From positions 343,480,001 to 343,544,000 of the forward strand of contig OZ024741.1 of NCBI GenBank assembly GCA_964016885.1: 64,000 bases of DNA, given 5' to 3'. Every line of letters begins with the position of its first letter. Position 1 is the stretch's first letter. Under the pieces are notes generated by a model that was not told the DNA's origin, did no database searches, and saw only the letters and a list, made by a program, of their open reading frames with translations. The stretch is from Eledone cirrhosa (lineage: Eukaryota). This document shows positions 1 through 13,310 of this stretch, piece after piece. A program made the translations under genes and the position numbers.

Positions 1-600
1 AAAGTTAGAATTATTAGTATTCAAAGGGTTAACTGGTAGAGGTAGATTAACAGAAAGGGAGACAATGTTTGTTTAGATACTTATGGTTACTAAAAGTAAT
101 ATGGTCTGCAGGGTTAGAGGTAGTAGGGAAAGAAATCTTAATTTATTTTTGTTAAATAAGATATAGTACTTATGGCTAGGTGGGATGTTGCTGCGCAAGA
201 TGGAGAATGGCTAAGTGGGAAGTTGCTGCGCAAGATGGAGAAGAACCTTTTGGGGAGGTTAGAAACGACGCTACGGCAGAACGGAGGATTAAACCAGGAA
301 CAATTTCTAAACCATTTTCGGGGAGGAATACTTGTAGAATAAGAAGGGTTTAAAGGTACATGTAGAGTATATTTTAAGTTATTATACATACTAGTGCATG
401 AATTCTTAGTATTAAGAGAAAGCAGTTGGTTAGGATGTCTACTAGAGTTAATCTTGAACTCATTGCAAGGAATGGGTAGCAAACCATAGTTAGGAGACCG
501 GTTCTTTCTATTTTTGTTTTTAAATCTATTATTACTAGAAAGATAACTCTGCGCAATTACATTATTTTAAAGTAAACTATGAGGACAGTTCTTAATTCAG
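1..600 (-). mobile_element. Decayed Penelope-like element fragment (Naiad-type RT-to-GIY-YIG linker)
   Basis: ORF 138..482 contains WFNPPFCRSVVSNLPKRFFSILRSNFP, which matches [27 protein letters not shown] in the element at 39-41 kb. Boundaries are approximate. Confidence 0.6.
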
Positions 601-1051
601 TTTTATTACCATCTGTTCTTATCGATTATATAGGACATCATTTTTATTTTTATGAACTGCATTTTGATCTGATTTCTGAAACAATTGTAAACCAATAAAT
701 ATATTTGTTCAAGAATTCGGCAATGTATTCTCAAACAATTAATTTTTATATTAATGCTCTGTCTATACAATTTTTTCTTGGCACATAATTCTCTTGCTTG
801 CTTTTATTGTTCGCTTGTCTTGCATTTTATACGCTTTGAGTACACTCTCCTCTTCACTACTGGCTTATAATTCTCACAACTAATCTCCTATCTCTCCTTC
901 TTGACTGGTTAGTACACAAACATTCGATATATATATACATATATATATATATACATATATTTGCATATACAGTGAGGAAGATAATAGATGTATACACAAA
1001 TACGCAGCAACGTGAATTCAAAACTATTATGAGCATACATACATACACTCA

Positions 1052-1169
<118 letters not shown>

Positions 1170-1689
1170 AAGACAGATGGAGTGAGTATGTGTGCGTCTG
1201 GGGTTGGTGCCGTATCACAATGTAAATAGAAATGAAGCTAGAAAAAAAAGAAAGAAACTGAACTAGGTATCACTGTAAGTATTCTTCTATATCTACTAAA
1301 CTTATTGCATTTACATGTTTGCCATATTTACCTCAGATCAACATTAACGAAACACCATTAACACCCACCCAAACAACACCAGTAGCAACACGATTGTCGC
1401 TGCTGTCACCTTTATTACCAACAGAAAATGGTTTTCCATCAATACACATCTCACATCTCGCAAATTCTTTAGCATTTCTAGGGCTACATAGATTCCAGTG
1501 CAAGTGATACCAACAAAGCCCATCTTCCATTACAATCAATATCAATCTTCTACTCCTCTATCACTCAACAACCATAACTACGTTGTACATTCTGTGTATG
1601 TACGTACAGACATAAACACGCACACACACGCAGACATATATAAATATATAACATATATACAGGCACACTGGCACGCATACATATATATA

Positions 1690-1803
<114 letters not shown>

Positions 1804-1804
1804 T

Positions 1805-1836
<32 letters not shown>

Positions 1837-2243
1837 ATATATATACGTATATATATATATATATGTTATTATATTTATTACTGTATTTTCAGTTTTATAT
1901 ATATATGTGCGTCTGTAGAGAGAGGAAGTGAAAGAGAGAGAGAGAGAGAGTAAGTGAGACAGTGAGAGAGATAAATCTTAGTGAAGTACTTAAGAACATT
2001 ATCTGTGAATTTTATATACCTAGCTGTACATATTTCAATAGAAACATCTGCATAAATGGATATGTCTACGGGCAAATGCACGAGTATATGTCGATGTGTA
2101 TGCTCATAGAAAAACACGAAACATAGATATAACTTCCAGTGTACAAACGAGTAAAAATATACGGATATGTACATGCCTATAGACAGCTGCTTAGAATCAT
2201 GTACATAGATATGAGATATTTTATCTTGAATATATGCAGTCAT

Positions 2244-2328
<85 letters not shown>

Positions 2329-2387
2329 AATATATGTATATATATATATAAATATATGTATGGATTAAAAGTGAATTTACATGTATA

Positions 2388-2428
<41 letters not shown>

Positions 2429-2571
2429 AGGGGCTTACATACATGAAATATATATATAGATATATACAGATGCACAACCTATACATACATATTTAACTAG
2501 CGATATATCTACCTGTATTTTGGCTCTTTGTAATATATACATACCTGCACGTGCGCAGACCCTCACCCCCC

Positions 2572-2604
<33 letters not shown>

Positions 2605-2605
<1 letters not shown>

Positions 2606-4545
2606 CATCATCATCATCATCAACGTTTAACGTCCGTGTTCCACGCTTGCATGGGTTTGGACGGGGGTAGTCCCACTTGAGGCAAGAGTGATTGTCTTGC
2701 TCGCATAGGACTGTCTGGCAGGTTTTCTACAGTTGGATGCCCTTCCTAACACCAACCACATTTACAGTGTGGGTCTGGGAGGTTTTTACCGTGTTGCCTA
2801 CACGGCTACATTACAGCGTGGACTGTGTGTTTTTTTGTCGTGACACCTACACGATCTCATTTGTTTCGGCCTGGATGGTGTGGCACCAACACAACTTTAC
2901 ATAGAACTGGGTGGCGTGGATGGGTTGGGGTGGTGGGACGGGGGGGGGAGTATTTTGTTAGAGATGCCTACTGGCTGTAGTAGGTTTTACTATGTATTTA
3001 AGTAAGGCGGGTCTTCTCTGTTACTGAGTACCGCCAAAGGTCTCGGTCCAGTGACATTGTCTTGGAGAGGTGTAAGTGTGTGAGGTCGGAGTTTATCAGC
3101 TCGTCCCAGGTTTTGCTAGGTCTGCCTATTCCGTGGCTACCGTCTATCTTTACTGCCCTGCACTTTGTTATACAGCTATCGACTTTCATGCGCATCACGT
3201 GTCCATACCAACGTAGCCTTCTCTCGAGTAAACAACATCTGATCCCTCTTATTTCTAATTTTTTTTTTTCCTTAGTTCGTTTATGCTTTGCCGTTCACGT
3301 ATATTACTGTTACACATCCAGCGGAGCATGCAAGCTTCGTTCCTCTCTAGTCTGCGTATATCCTCTGCACACAATGCCCAGGTCTCACTGACATGCAACA
3401 TTGCTGTTCGTATGCAGGCATCGTACAACCTGCCTTTCATTTTTAGGGAGAACCCTTTAGCAGCTAATAGTGGTATAAGCTCTCTGAACTTTTTCCGACC
3501 AGTTCTGACTCTAGCTACAGTACTTTCAGAGCACCCTCCCCCACTGCTGATTTTATCACCCAGGTAACGGAAACTGTCCACTATTTCTATAGAACCCTCT
3601 GCGCAATTGAAAGAGCTAGTATTTTGTGGGCGCTTGCTGCTACTTATTGCACCAGAGCACCGGCCACATGTAAAATCTATGTTCTTAGTTAGCTTACCTG
3701 TGATCCCACTCCATCTTTTATGCACCCATACTTTGCATTTAGGACATAAAATGGAGTTTCTACCTACGCCTTTCCTACACACCGAGCACGACCATTTCCC
3801 AGAAGGGACCGCCGCCTTATTTTCTTTCCTACAAACTAGAACTTTAGTCTTAGCCAGGTTAATTTTAAGGCCTTTTGATTCTAGGCCGTGCTTCCATGTT
3901 TGGAATTTCTTCTCTAGCTCGGCCATTGATTCCGCTATGAGTGTCAGGTCGTCTGCGTATAGGAGTTCCCATGGGCAGCCGGTCTTGAACTCCTCTGTTA
4001 TAGCCTGAAGGGCAATAATAAATAGTAGGGGGCTGAGAACAGAGCCCTGATGGACGCCAACTTTTACGTTAAACTCTTCACTATATTCGTTGTTAATTCT
4101 AACCTTGCTGACTGTTTCTTTATACATGGCTTGTATAGCTCTCACAAGCCATTCGTCAACGCCTAGTTTTCTAAGAGCCCACCAGATAATGGAGCGGGGG
4201 ACTCTGTCGAAGGCTTTCTCCAAGTCGACAAAAGCTAAGTAGAGGGGTTAACCTTTAGCTAGGTACTTCTCCTGTAGTTGTCGTACAATGAAAAGAGCGT
4301 CTGTGGTACTTTTGCCTGACACAAACCCGAACTGCATTTCATCTAGGTCAATTCTCTCTCTGATTAGTTGTGCTATTACTTTTTCCGTGACCTTCATGAC
4401 CTAGTCGATTAATTTAATGCCTCTATAGTTACTCCTAACTAGGGCGTCTCCTTTACCCTTATAACAGTTAACGATGATGCTGCTATGCCAGTCCTTCGGA
4501 ACAACCCCATTCTGTACGACTTGGTTAACTATGCGGGTGACCATG
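2605..4545 (-). mobile_element. 5'-truncated RTE-clade LINE (RT C-terminal half, 3' UTR, (GAT)n tail)
   Basis: ORF 3255..4223 has EKAFDRVP, GVHQGSVLSPLLF and LLYADDL. Upstream frames give [18 protein letters not shown] 2998..3198 has GRPSKTW. The (CAT)n run at 2605-2622 is the tail. Confidence 0.92.
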
Positions 4546-4596
4546 ATACATATATTCTCTATATATATGAGTGTATGTGTATGTGCGGTGTGTTTG

Positions 4597-4675
<79 letters not shown>

Positions 4676-4683
4676 GTACATAC

Positions 4684-4784
<101 letters not shown>

Positions 4785-4918
4785 TGTGTGTGTATGTAGG
4801 TGTTTACAATATGATGTTTCAGATATCTTGGCAATAGCGCTTGATATGCAAGTTCTACATTTCTGGCTATATATTGCGTATGAATCATACATCCAATACA
4901 CGCATTTATAATAGATAT

Positions 4919-4966
<48 letters not shown>

Positions 4967-5069
4967 TAAATCATGTCCTTAGAATTATTAGAATATATAT
5001 ATATATATATAACGGCGATGAATTAGTTTTGCGTGGTTTTTTTTATATGAAATCGTGTGTCGAAACAAA

Positions 5070-5380
5070 TATTGTTATACTTGGGGAGGGTCAAATTCGT
5101 GTAATATTGCCAGAATTAATAACAGAACACACTCACTGTTTGGTTGGTTTTCGCTTTTCGCTTCTGTGTCTTTTATATCGGTCATCTATGTTTGTGTCTA
5201 TATTGTATCTGTATTATTTTTGACCGTTGGTCAGTAAATGGCAACATTGAGGACCGAATAAATTAGATTACCGATATAAAAGACACAGAAGCGAAAAGCG
5301 AAAACCAACCAAACAGTGAGTGTGTTCTGTTATTAATTCTGGCAATATTACACAAATATGACCCTCCCCAACTATAGCAA
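5070..5380. repeat. Inverted repeat with ~120-bp arms between (TA)n tracts
   Basis: 5070-5188 is the reverse complement of 5264-5380. It shares gggagggtca and ttggttggtt motifs with the repeats at 47.7-51.5 kb. Confidence 0.85.
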
Positions 5381-5468
5381 TATATATATATATATAAATA
5401 TAAGTATGTATACGCACATACATATATGTGTACAGACGTACAGTAGTATGTATATATATACTTACATG

Positions 5469-5532
<64 letters not shown>

Positions 5533-5537
<5 letters not shown>

Positions 5538-5830
5538 GTATGGGTTTACCGGACATTTATTATAATGTTCGCTTTGTTTGTAAACAAACAGCCCGAATTA
5601 CGCCGTACAATGTTCGGCAACCATCGTCGCCATTTTGTTCAACACGGACACAAATGATGTTTCAAGCGTATTAGCTGTCGTCAGCATCGTATACCTTTCT
5701 GTCAAATGATTGAACGTTTGAAAGTATATACTTTCCTCATGCATATTAACGGCTGAGCAGCCTAATTTGCATATCGAGTGAGTTAGTCGGCCGGGCGTAG
5801 CGAAAACGATAAATGCAAAAGAATGAAACG
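5533..5830 (-). repeat. Octamer+HHR repeat family, decayed copy
   Basis: Reverse-complement homolog of 20150-20440. ATTTGCAT at 5765-5772. CTGACGA..GAAAC on the minus strand with stem III deleted. Confidence 0.8.
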
Positions 5831-6594
5831 AAATTTCAATATAATATAATAATAATAATAATAATGAAAATATCGTGTACAGTGCTCAGGTGCACTATAA
5901 CTCATCAAAAGTGTATGTATAGTACACAGGGTAATGTACACACGTCAGGAATATGAACAGTGCATCTATATATATTATATATGTGAATAAATTTGAAGAC
6001 TAAAATCCAAAGAGGGCTCGATAAGGATAAATATATATCAAATATATAAGAACCGTAGAGCAAATATTTATTAAAATATTTATTTATTTCTATTACTTCT
6101 GTATTGTATTTATTTACTTGTTCTTAACTCTGTAGCGGAGATTCATTTGGTCTCCTAGTTAGAATTTTAGTCTACGACTTCTGCTATACCATTTACGTGG
6201 TTTTGTCTTTGCGTGCTATTGTTAACCACACTCCACATATCACGTATTATCTTCGTTTTTTCGTTCATTGCCACAGAACGTCTCTATGCACCACCTAAGA
6301 GAACATTAGCCTACGACCTCTTTTATACCATAAACGAGGTTCTGTCTTTGCGCGTAATTGTTTTTCACCGTTCCTATTAATGACGTATTATTCGTTTTTT
6401 CCCGTTCTTTGCCAGCGAACGTTACCACGAACCAAAGTATCGTCTTCCTGTCTTTCTCCGGTTGCAACGTTTTTTGAAATATCCAGTTCTGCGTTTACAG
6501 ATTGACTTTGTTCGTTTCAGAAGATCCCGTTAAGGGTGAAAGCAGCGATTCTTTGCTTAAACTTTAATCTTTATATATATGTATCTATCTCTCC

Positions 6595-6686
<92 letters not shown>

Positions 6687-6754
6687 GTATATATATATGT
6701 ATATATAATTGTATATATATGTATGTAAATGTATGGATACACAGATATATACAT

Positions 6755-6921
<167 letters not shown>

Positions 6922-7165
6922 CAAATAACGAAACGAAATTAAATTTCGTTTCGTTTGTAACTCACTTTTGTATGACTGGCGCTTAAACAATTAAGTTAAA
7001 AAAAACGAAATTTAATTTCGTTTCGTTATTTGTTTTTATCGTCTCCGTTGAACCGGTACGTACTCACGCTCAATGCAAATTGGTCTGCCCACTACTAATT
7101 TTCATAGAAAAAGCATATAACGATATGTGCTTTTACGATTCTCTAGAGAGGCCGGAAGATAGGTA

Positions 7166-7210
7166 AATATTGCTGATGAGATGTAACAACATCGAAACTA
7201 GTTCAATATT
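7166..7210 (+). ncRNA. Minimal type-I hammerhead ribozyme
   Basis: AATATTG-CTGATGA-GATGT(aaca)ACATC-GAAA-CTAG-TT-CAATATT. 7-bp stem I, canonical core, palindromic ACUAGU stem III, GUU cleavage site. Confidence 0.9.
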
Positions 7211-7418
7211 CCTTGTCTGGCTTTCTGGAGAATAGAGGAAAGGTGTTTCCTCAAAAACCAGCATGACTCTAAAAACCGGTTTGTCTGTGTGTTTACATAC
7301 AGAATAGCTGGACACTCACAGTAAAGTGACCAGTGAAAAACTCGGTACATCTACATATGTATACGTGTGTGTATTCATATGCATACTAGTATTTCAGTAT
7401 GGATGTACATTTTTTAAC

Positions 7419-7455
<37 letters not shown>

Positions 7456-7606
7456 CATATATCTTTATATATATGTATCCATCTCTCCGTAAATATATAC
7501 ACACACATATATTTATATATATATATGCATTTATAATTGTATGTATATATGCATATATAATTGTATATATGTATGTGTTTGTATACACATATATATACAT
7601 ATATAT

Positions 7607-7680
<74 letters not shown>

Positions 7681-7682
<2 letters not shown>

Positions 7683-9162
7683 CAAAGGAAATGTGGTAAT
7701 GAATTAGATGGACCATAACGCACCAGAGTACTCAATACTTAGGGTAGTAGAGTGGGAAAAAGGAAAAAGTATGACCCCAACAGCAGAGCTCAAGCTGTTT
7801 CGACGGCTATTTCTGGACTAAATTAGAATGTTTAGCCTGGTGAATAAATAGCCGAACTTGTCAATGGGGTACTTCCTTATATGGGAAGAATGTAGTTGTC
7901 AAGAGGATTGGTTAAAATTTGTTGTAAATACAAATAAGTCTATCATGGCATTTGGTGGGAAATAGGGGGGGGGCTGAAATTGCCTGTAGAACAATAGGGG
8001 AGTGAGTGGAGCGGTCAAGCGTTGAATGTGATATGTATACAGCAGATTCTAAGGATAGTGTATGTAGTGGAGGAGGGAGGTTATAGAATAGGTAAATCGA
8101 ATGAGAGTAGGAGACAATAAAAGATAATAGAAATCAATAAAAAAAAAAAAAAAAATTAGTTAGTGAGAAATGAATAAAAAAAGAAAATATATATATATAT
8201 TACAATGCTATCTTACAATTACAGGTTAATAAGTTGAGAATAGAAACAACTTGTAGAAATTGAGTAGTACCAAAACTGATACAAAAATGAAACGGGTTTA
8301 ACACATCTGCTATAAGTAGTTAGTAAAACGTATTCGGTCAATTCTATCTTGAAATTAGAGGGGTGGGGAAACTGATGCTACAGAGGCCCGATGGGCTGCA
8401 TCGGGGTAGGCGAAAGAAGAAAAGCAGACGACGAAGAAAATAGGGGGTAGAAGGAAGTGATAAGATGAGACAGGGGTAAGAAGAAGACAATGAGGAAAAG
8501 AAAAGAAAAGAGATACATCTACCTATGTAACCTGGGGTTTCCCCTAACTTATTCGGCAAGTGGGGGGTATCAGCCCTTGTCTAACCCCTCCCCCCCGGTC
8601 GTTATGGGGTTTGAACGAGGTATGTCCTACGCAATCTGTGTTTGCATGCGGTTACCAGTTCGTCTTTCTTGTTTAGGAGTTGGTCCTTCGAAAACACTAT
8701 TTGTAATGTTTCCTCCAAGCATAAGTTACACGGACGGCGTCCTCCCATGTAAGAGTTAGCTCTGGACAGTAAGCTCCAAGTGATTATATTGGAGGTCCCA
8801 GATGTGGCCCGAGAGTGTCGTGGCATGTCACCGGACCGGGTTTCGAAAAGTATGTCGGTGTTGGTAAAGCATCATAATCAACAAAAACACCAACAAACTC
8901 TCCTACAGCACCACACCTAACTTCGCACAAAACATCGTCTCCTCAAACAACAAAAAACTCAACCCCTATGGAAGAAATAACCTAGACATCAGTGTAAAGC
9001 CGACCAGGAGGTGTAACTGCCTTGATAGATCTACGTGCCCCCTCAACAACAAATGCTGAGAACGTAACGTGATCTACCAGTGCAACGTGAGGACGGACAC
9101 CTCCAACAAAGCTTATATAGGATTAACCACGTGTGACTTCAATACCCGGCTCTACCAACACC
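7681..9162 (-). mobile_element. Truncated Naiad-type Penelope-like element: GIY-YIG fragment, 3' UTR, pLTR with HHR-like motif, inverted 5' part
   Basis: Minus strand reads LYQHRHTF..HATTLSGHIWDL..CNLCLEE..LLNKKDELVTACKH. Plus strand 8874-9162 reads CNC..CPLNNKC..VIYQC..YIGLT..RLYQH. HHR-like motif at 7774-7870. pLTR homologs at 38570, 49615-50100 and 54200. Confidence 0.8.
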
Positions 9163-10099
9163 AGCAGCAACATCATTACCACCATCATCGCCATCATCAC
9201 CATCATCATCATCACCATCATCATGAACATCACCATCATCGCCATCTTCACCATCACCATCATCATCATCACCATCATCATCATCAACACCATCATGATC
9301 CTTATCACCATGAACACCATGATCATCATAACCATTTCCTCACTCATCGCCAACACAATTACCATCAACATCACCATCACCATCACCATAACCACAACCA
9401 TCACCTCAACCAGCAGCAACATCATTACCACCATCGTCACCATCATCATTAACATCAGTACCATCATCGCCACCATCACCATCATCGTCATCAACATCAC
9501 CATCATCATCATCATCATCATCATCGCCATAACTATCACAATCAACATCACCCTCACCACAACCATCTCCTCAACCATCACCATCACCAAAACTATCACC
9601 AATACCATCACCATCACCATCATCAATCTCAGCGTAACCTTCATCACAATCACCAACACCATCACCACCAACATCACCATCACTATCACTACCACCTCCA
9701 TCACCACAATCACCACCATCACCCCCACCACCACCATCATCACCACCACCGTCACCCCCAACACCACTACCACCATCACCACCACAACCATCACCACCAC
9801 CAACACCATCACCACCACTATCACCCCCACCACCATGACCCCCACCACCCCCACCACCATCACCATCACCACCACCATCACCCTCACCACTACCATCACC
9901 ACCGCCATCACCCTCACCACCATCACCACCACCATCACCACCACCACCACCACCACCATCACCACCACCAACACCATCATGATGAGGATGATGATAATGA
10001 TTGTGAATATGAGGACGATGATGATGGATGATAATGATGATGGTGGCGATAATGATGATGACGATAATGATTATGATGATGATGATAATGTTTATGGTT

Positions 10100-10142
<43 letters not shown>

Positions 10143-10210
10143 CATCGACTATGATGATGATGTTGATAAAGATGATTTTACAGATGTTATGTTGTTGGTG
10201 ATGATAATGA
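9163..10210. repeat. Degenerate (CAT/CAC)n tract followed by (GAT)n microsatellite
   Basis: Direct reading. It accounts for the His/Thr/Asp-rich ORFs. Confidence 0.95.
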
Positions 10211-10296
10211 TCACGTTAATGACTAACGATTATAAAAGAGATGGTGATGAGATGTTGGAGAATGATATCAATAGTGGTTCTGCCGGTAATGATAAC

Positions 10297-10435
10297 TGTT
10301 TCTTCTTTTGGCACAAGGCCAGCAATTACCCTAGTACATTACTGGTACTTTATTTTATCGACGCTGTAAAGATGAAAGGCAAAGCTAACTTCTGCGGGAT
10401 TTAAACTCACAACGTAAATGGCCATAATTCTATGC
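10297..10435 (-). mobile_element. tRNA-derived SINE family A fragment
   Basis: Shares ggcacaaggccagcaatt..ctggtactttattttatcgac..gatgaaaggcaaag with the copies at 45.8, 53.4, 57.5 and 59.8 kb. Confidence 0.8.
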
Positions 10436-10469
10436 AAGAAGCAAAAGAAAATTTCAGTATATATATATA

Positions 10470-10625
10470 TATAAATATATATATATATATCAAATTTAAA
10501 ATAGCAATGGCTTCTACAAGGCTAGAACTGTTTCATTCGATGTAAATCATCAGGAAAGCTCTGATGAAATCTTTCGAATGAAACAGTTGTAACCCCGAAA
10601 AACCGTTTCTATTTTAAACTTGATG
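10470..10625. ncRNA. Head-to-head pair of degenerate minimal HHRs in an inverted repeat
   Basis: Plus strand: CTGATGA aatctttcgaat GAAA CAGTTG TA (10561-10591). A mirrored CTGATGA..GAAAC lies on the minus strand at 10522-10553. Confidence 0.55.
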
Positions 10626-10881
10626 TTTACACTATAATAATGTATTGAGTACCTTACATACTGTGATTACCCCCGATTAGACCAGGGACTCACTCACACG
10701 CACACAGTGTGTGTTTGTGTGTTAGTGTGTGTAGATAGATAGATAGAAAGATAGATAGATAGTTTGAGAGATAGATATGATACGAAAGTGGATACTTTGA
10801 TGTCTTCAAAATGTTTTCGCGAACATATACATAACATCATACACACACAATCTTCCCCACCCCTCTCTCTGTCACAACTCT

Positions 10882-10932
<51 letters not shown>

Positions 10933-11116
10933 AACCCCCTCTCTCTTTCTTCTCAAATACACACCTCTATGCATATGATGTGTTCGTATATGTCATGTGA
11001 CGTAAATTGCCTAACAGTATGTAGTACTATAGATATCTTTGCTAGGTATTCATTGACATGTCCTGGAAACACCAGTCACATTTCTGTCTATCTATGTCTG
11101 TCCATCTGTAGGCATG

Positions 11117-11148
<32 letters not shown>

Positions 11149-11439
11149 AGTGTGTGTGTGCGTGTGTATGTGTGCGTGTGTGTGTGTTTGTATATATATA
11201 TAAATATATGTATATATCTATATACATATATCTATATATATATATATATACATATATCTATATATATATATATATATATATATGCATATATCTATATGTG
11301 TGTTGAAACAAAATTTGTTTTCACTCACGAATAAATATATATATACTCTTAGATATATATGTACATATATCATAATAATAATGATACTATTTATAGTTAT
11401 ATATATATACTATAAACAACTATAAACCGGAAAGGTCAG

Positions 11440-11666
11440 TAATTTATTACTACCTTATTACCAGTAAGAGAAATAGCTCAATGTAAGAACATCAGGTGTT
11501 TTACAGAGCAGGAATATAAATTACACAATATTCAAACTTATGTTCAAATCATTATTTTGCTGCCAATAGTTTCTTCCAAACTTTCGTTTAGGGTCGTCGG
11601 AAAGTTTGGAAGAAACGATTGTCAGCAATAAAATGATTTGAACATAACTTTGATACTTGTGTAATG
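11440..11666. repeat. Palindromic copy of the pLTR-like family also at 52.3 and 53.6 kb (CCGAYGA HHR variant)
   Basis: Arms 11520-11585 and 11600-11665 are inverted. Homologous to 53660-53820. Confidence 0.75.
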
Positions 11667-11719
11667 TATATTTATATGTATGTATATATATATTTATATA
11701 ATTATAGATAATTATAGTT

Positions 11720-11785
<66 letters not shown>

Positions 11786-12239
11786 TGTGGAGAAATAAAA
11801 AGGGCAAAAAAAATATTTTTCTTCTTAATAATCGTCCCTTTCTCACTGTTTTCATATACATATTTGTGTATATATATATATATTTGTGTGTGCGTGTGTG
11901 TGTGTGTGGATAACTGGCATATACTTTCCCGAGGTTGCCGATATAACCTGATGTTGTTATTGCTTCGTTCGCCAGCAAATATAATATAACATATCTCTAT
12001 TTTCCATATAGAAGGCTCTTTCTTTAGTAATTACAATCTCATATTCAGGCAATGACATACACACACACGCACACAGACACAGACACAGACAGACACACAC
12101 AGACACACATACAGACACACACCCAGACGCACTCACACACACACACACACACCCATATATATATATATATATATTTGAAAAGATTCAGGACGTTTCGACA
12201 GCTAGATTCGAACGTATATATATATATATATATACGCAG

Positions 12240-12343
<104 letters not shown>

Positions 12344-12759
12344 TTGTAAAGGAGAGATATAAAATGAGTAGCTTCCATAGATTCAAGGTTAAATAGCTAT
12401 TTATTTTGTGTCTCATTGTGCGATGTCTTTTCTAGATATTTGCCTTCTGATTTCAAATTTCAGCTCTGTGTCAACAGATGCCAGGAATTACAATGTCAAT
12501 GGAAAGATTTTTTTGTTGCTCCGTTGTATAAAATCGGCTCAATTCGTTTTCCATTTTAAAACCTCATGTTCAACTAATTGTATGAAATTTCAATTTATTA
12601 AACTAAAGAGAAAATATGATAAAAACTACGATATAAATAGCAATAAGGACACGAAAATAAAGAGAAAGAAAAGAAGGAAAAGAAAAGGGAAAAGAAATTA
12701 AGCAACAACAGAAAGGGAAAGAGGGAGGGAAGGTAGACTCACCACCTCAGTCTGAGCGA

Positions 12760-13310
12760 TATATTTTAGCGTAGCCTGCCGACAAAATGACGAAATCATA
12801 GCTGCGGTAAATGGCCAGCGACAACCATACCTAACCATGGGTCTTCTTGCTCTGACGGGCTATGGTCTTTCTGATTTGACGGAGGAAAACAAAAGTTCTG
12901 GGACGAAGGACACCTAAGATCTCAAAAGAGACTGGTGACTTGCGCGAAAAGAAAAAATAACACTCTCGCTCAAAGACCGGTATTTAATTATCTTCCTCTT
13001 CCCTGCATTGTGATCCATGGTGATTGGGTTTGCGGCCGAAGCGACGTGGTCGAAGGCGGAGAACGAGTCGCAGCACCTGACATTCCAGATCAGGATTTAC
13101 ATCCCTCGAATAAGAAGACAGTTATCCCATCTTGGTGCTTACTTTCAACATGGTCGAAGCCAGCAGGCTCTAGTTTTGATGGAAAGACGGCTGCATTGAA
13201 GATCCTTCTCATGAAGTCGTTTAGAACGGTGCGTTGAGAGAACTGACCTGCTCTATGGCAGCAGGATAGTGGATGCAGTGAAAAAGGCATTATCGCCGTT
13301 TGAAAAATGC
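12760..13310 (-). mobile_element. Old CRE-clade non-LTR retrotransposon 3' fragment (restriction-like endonuclease domain)
   Basis: Translation across frameshifts gives LNDFMRRIFNAAVFPSKLEPAGFDHVESKHQDGITVF..IWNVRCCDSF..KIIKYRSLS..WLSLAIYR. This resembles the CRE pattern LEP.GL...DGKRPDG...WD.TC.D..K.RKY..LS.AIQR. Confidence 0.65.

Noticed and set aside
1319-1590. Possible host exon (ttacctcag acceptor, non-repetitive ORF)
   Set aside because: No recognisable domain, no convincing donor site and no partner exons. It cannot be supported from sequence alone.
6505-6556. HHR-like CAGAAGA-tCCC..GGGt-GAAA
   Set aside because: The core is mutated and stems I and III do not form. At best a relic.
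8827-9060. In-frame TGA codons in a Naiad-type GIY-YIG as possible selenocysteine
   Set aside because: Some Naiads encode Sec, but these TGAs are not at Cys positions (C*ERN, VR*HAT) and fit ordinary decay. The linker Cys codons I checked in the 39-kb element are TGC/TGT.
9069-10404. His-rich and Thr/Asp-rich 423-aa ORF
   Set aside because: A trinucleotide microsatellite open in several frames, running into a SINE.
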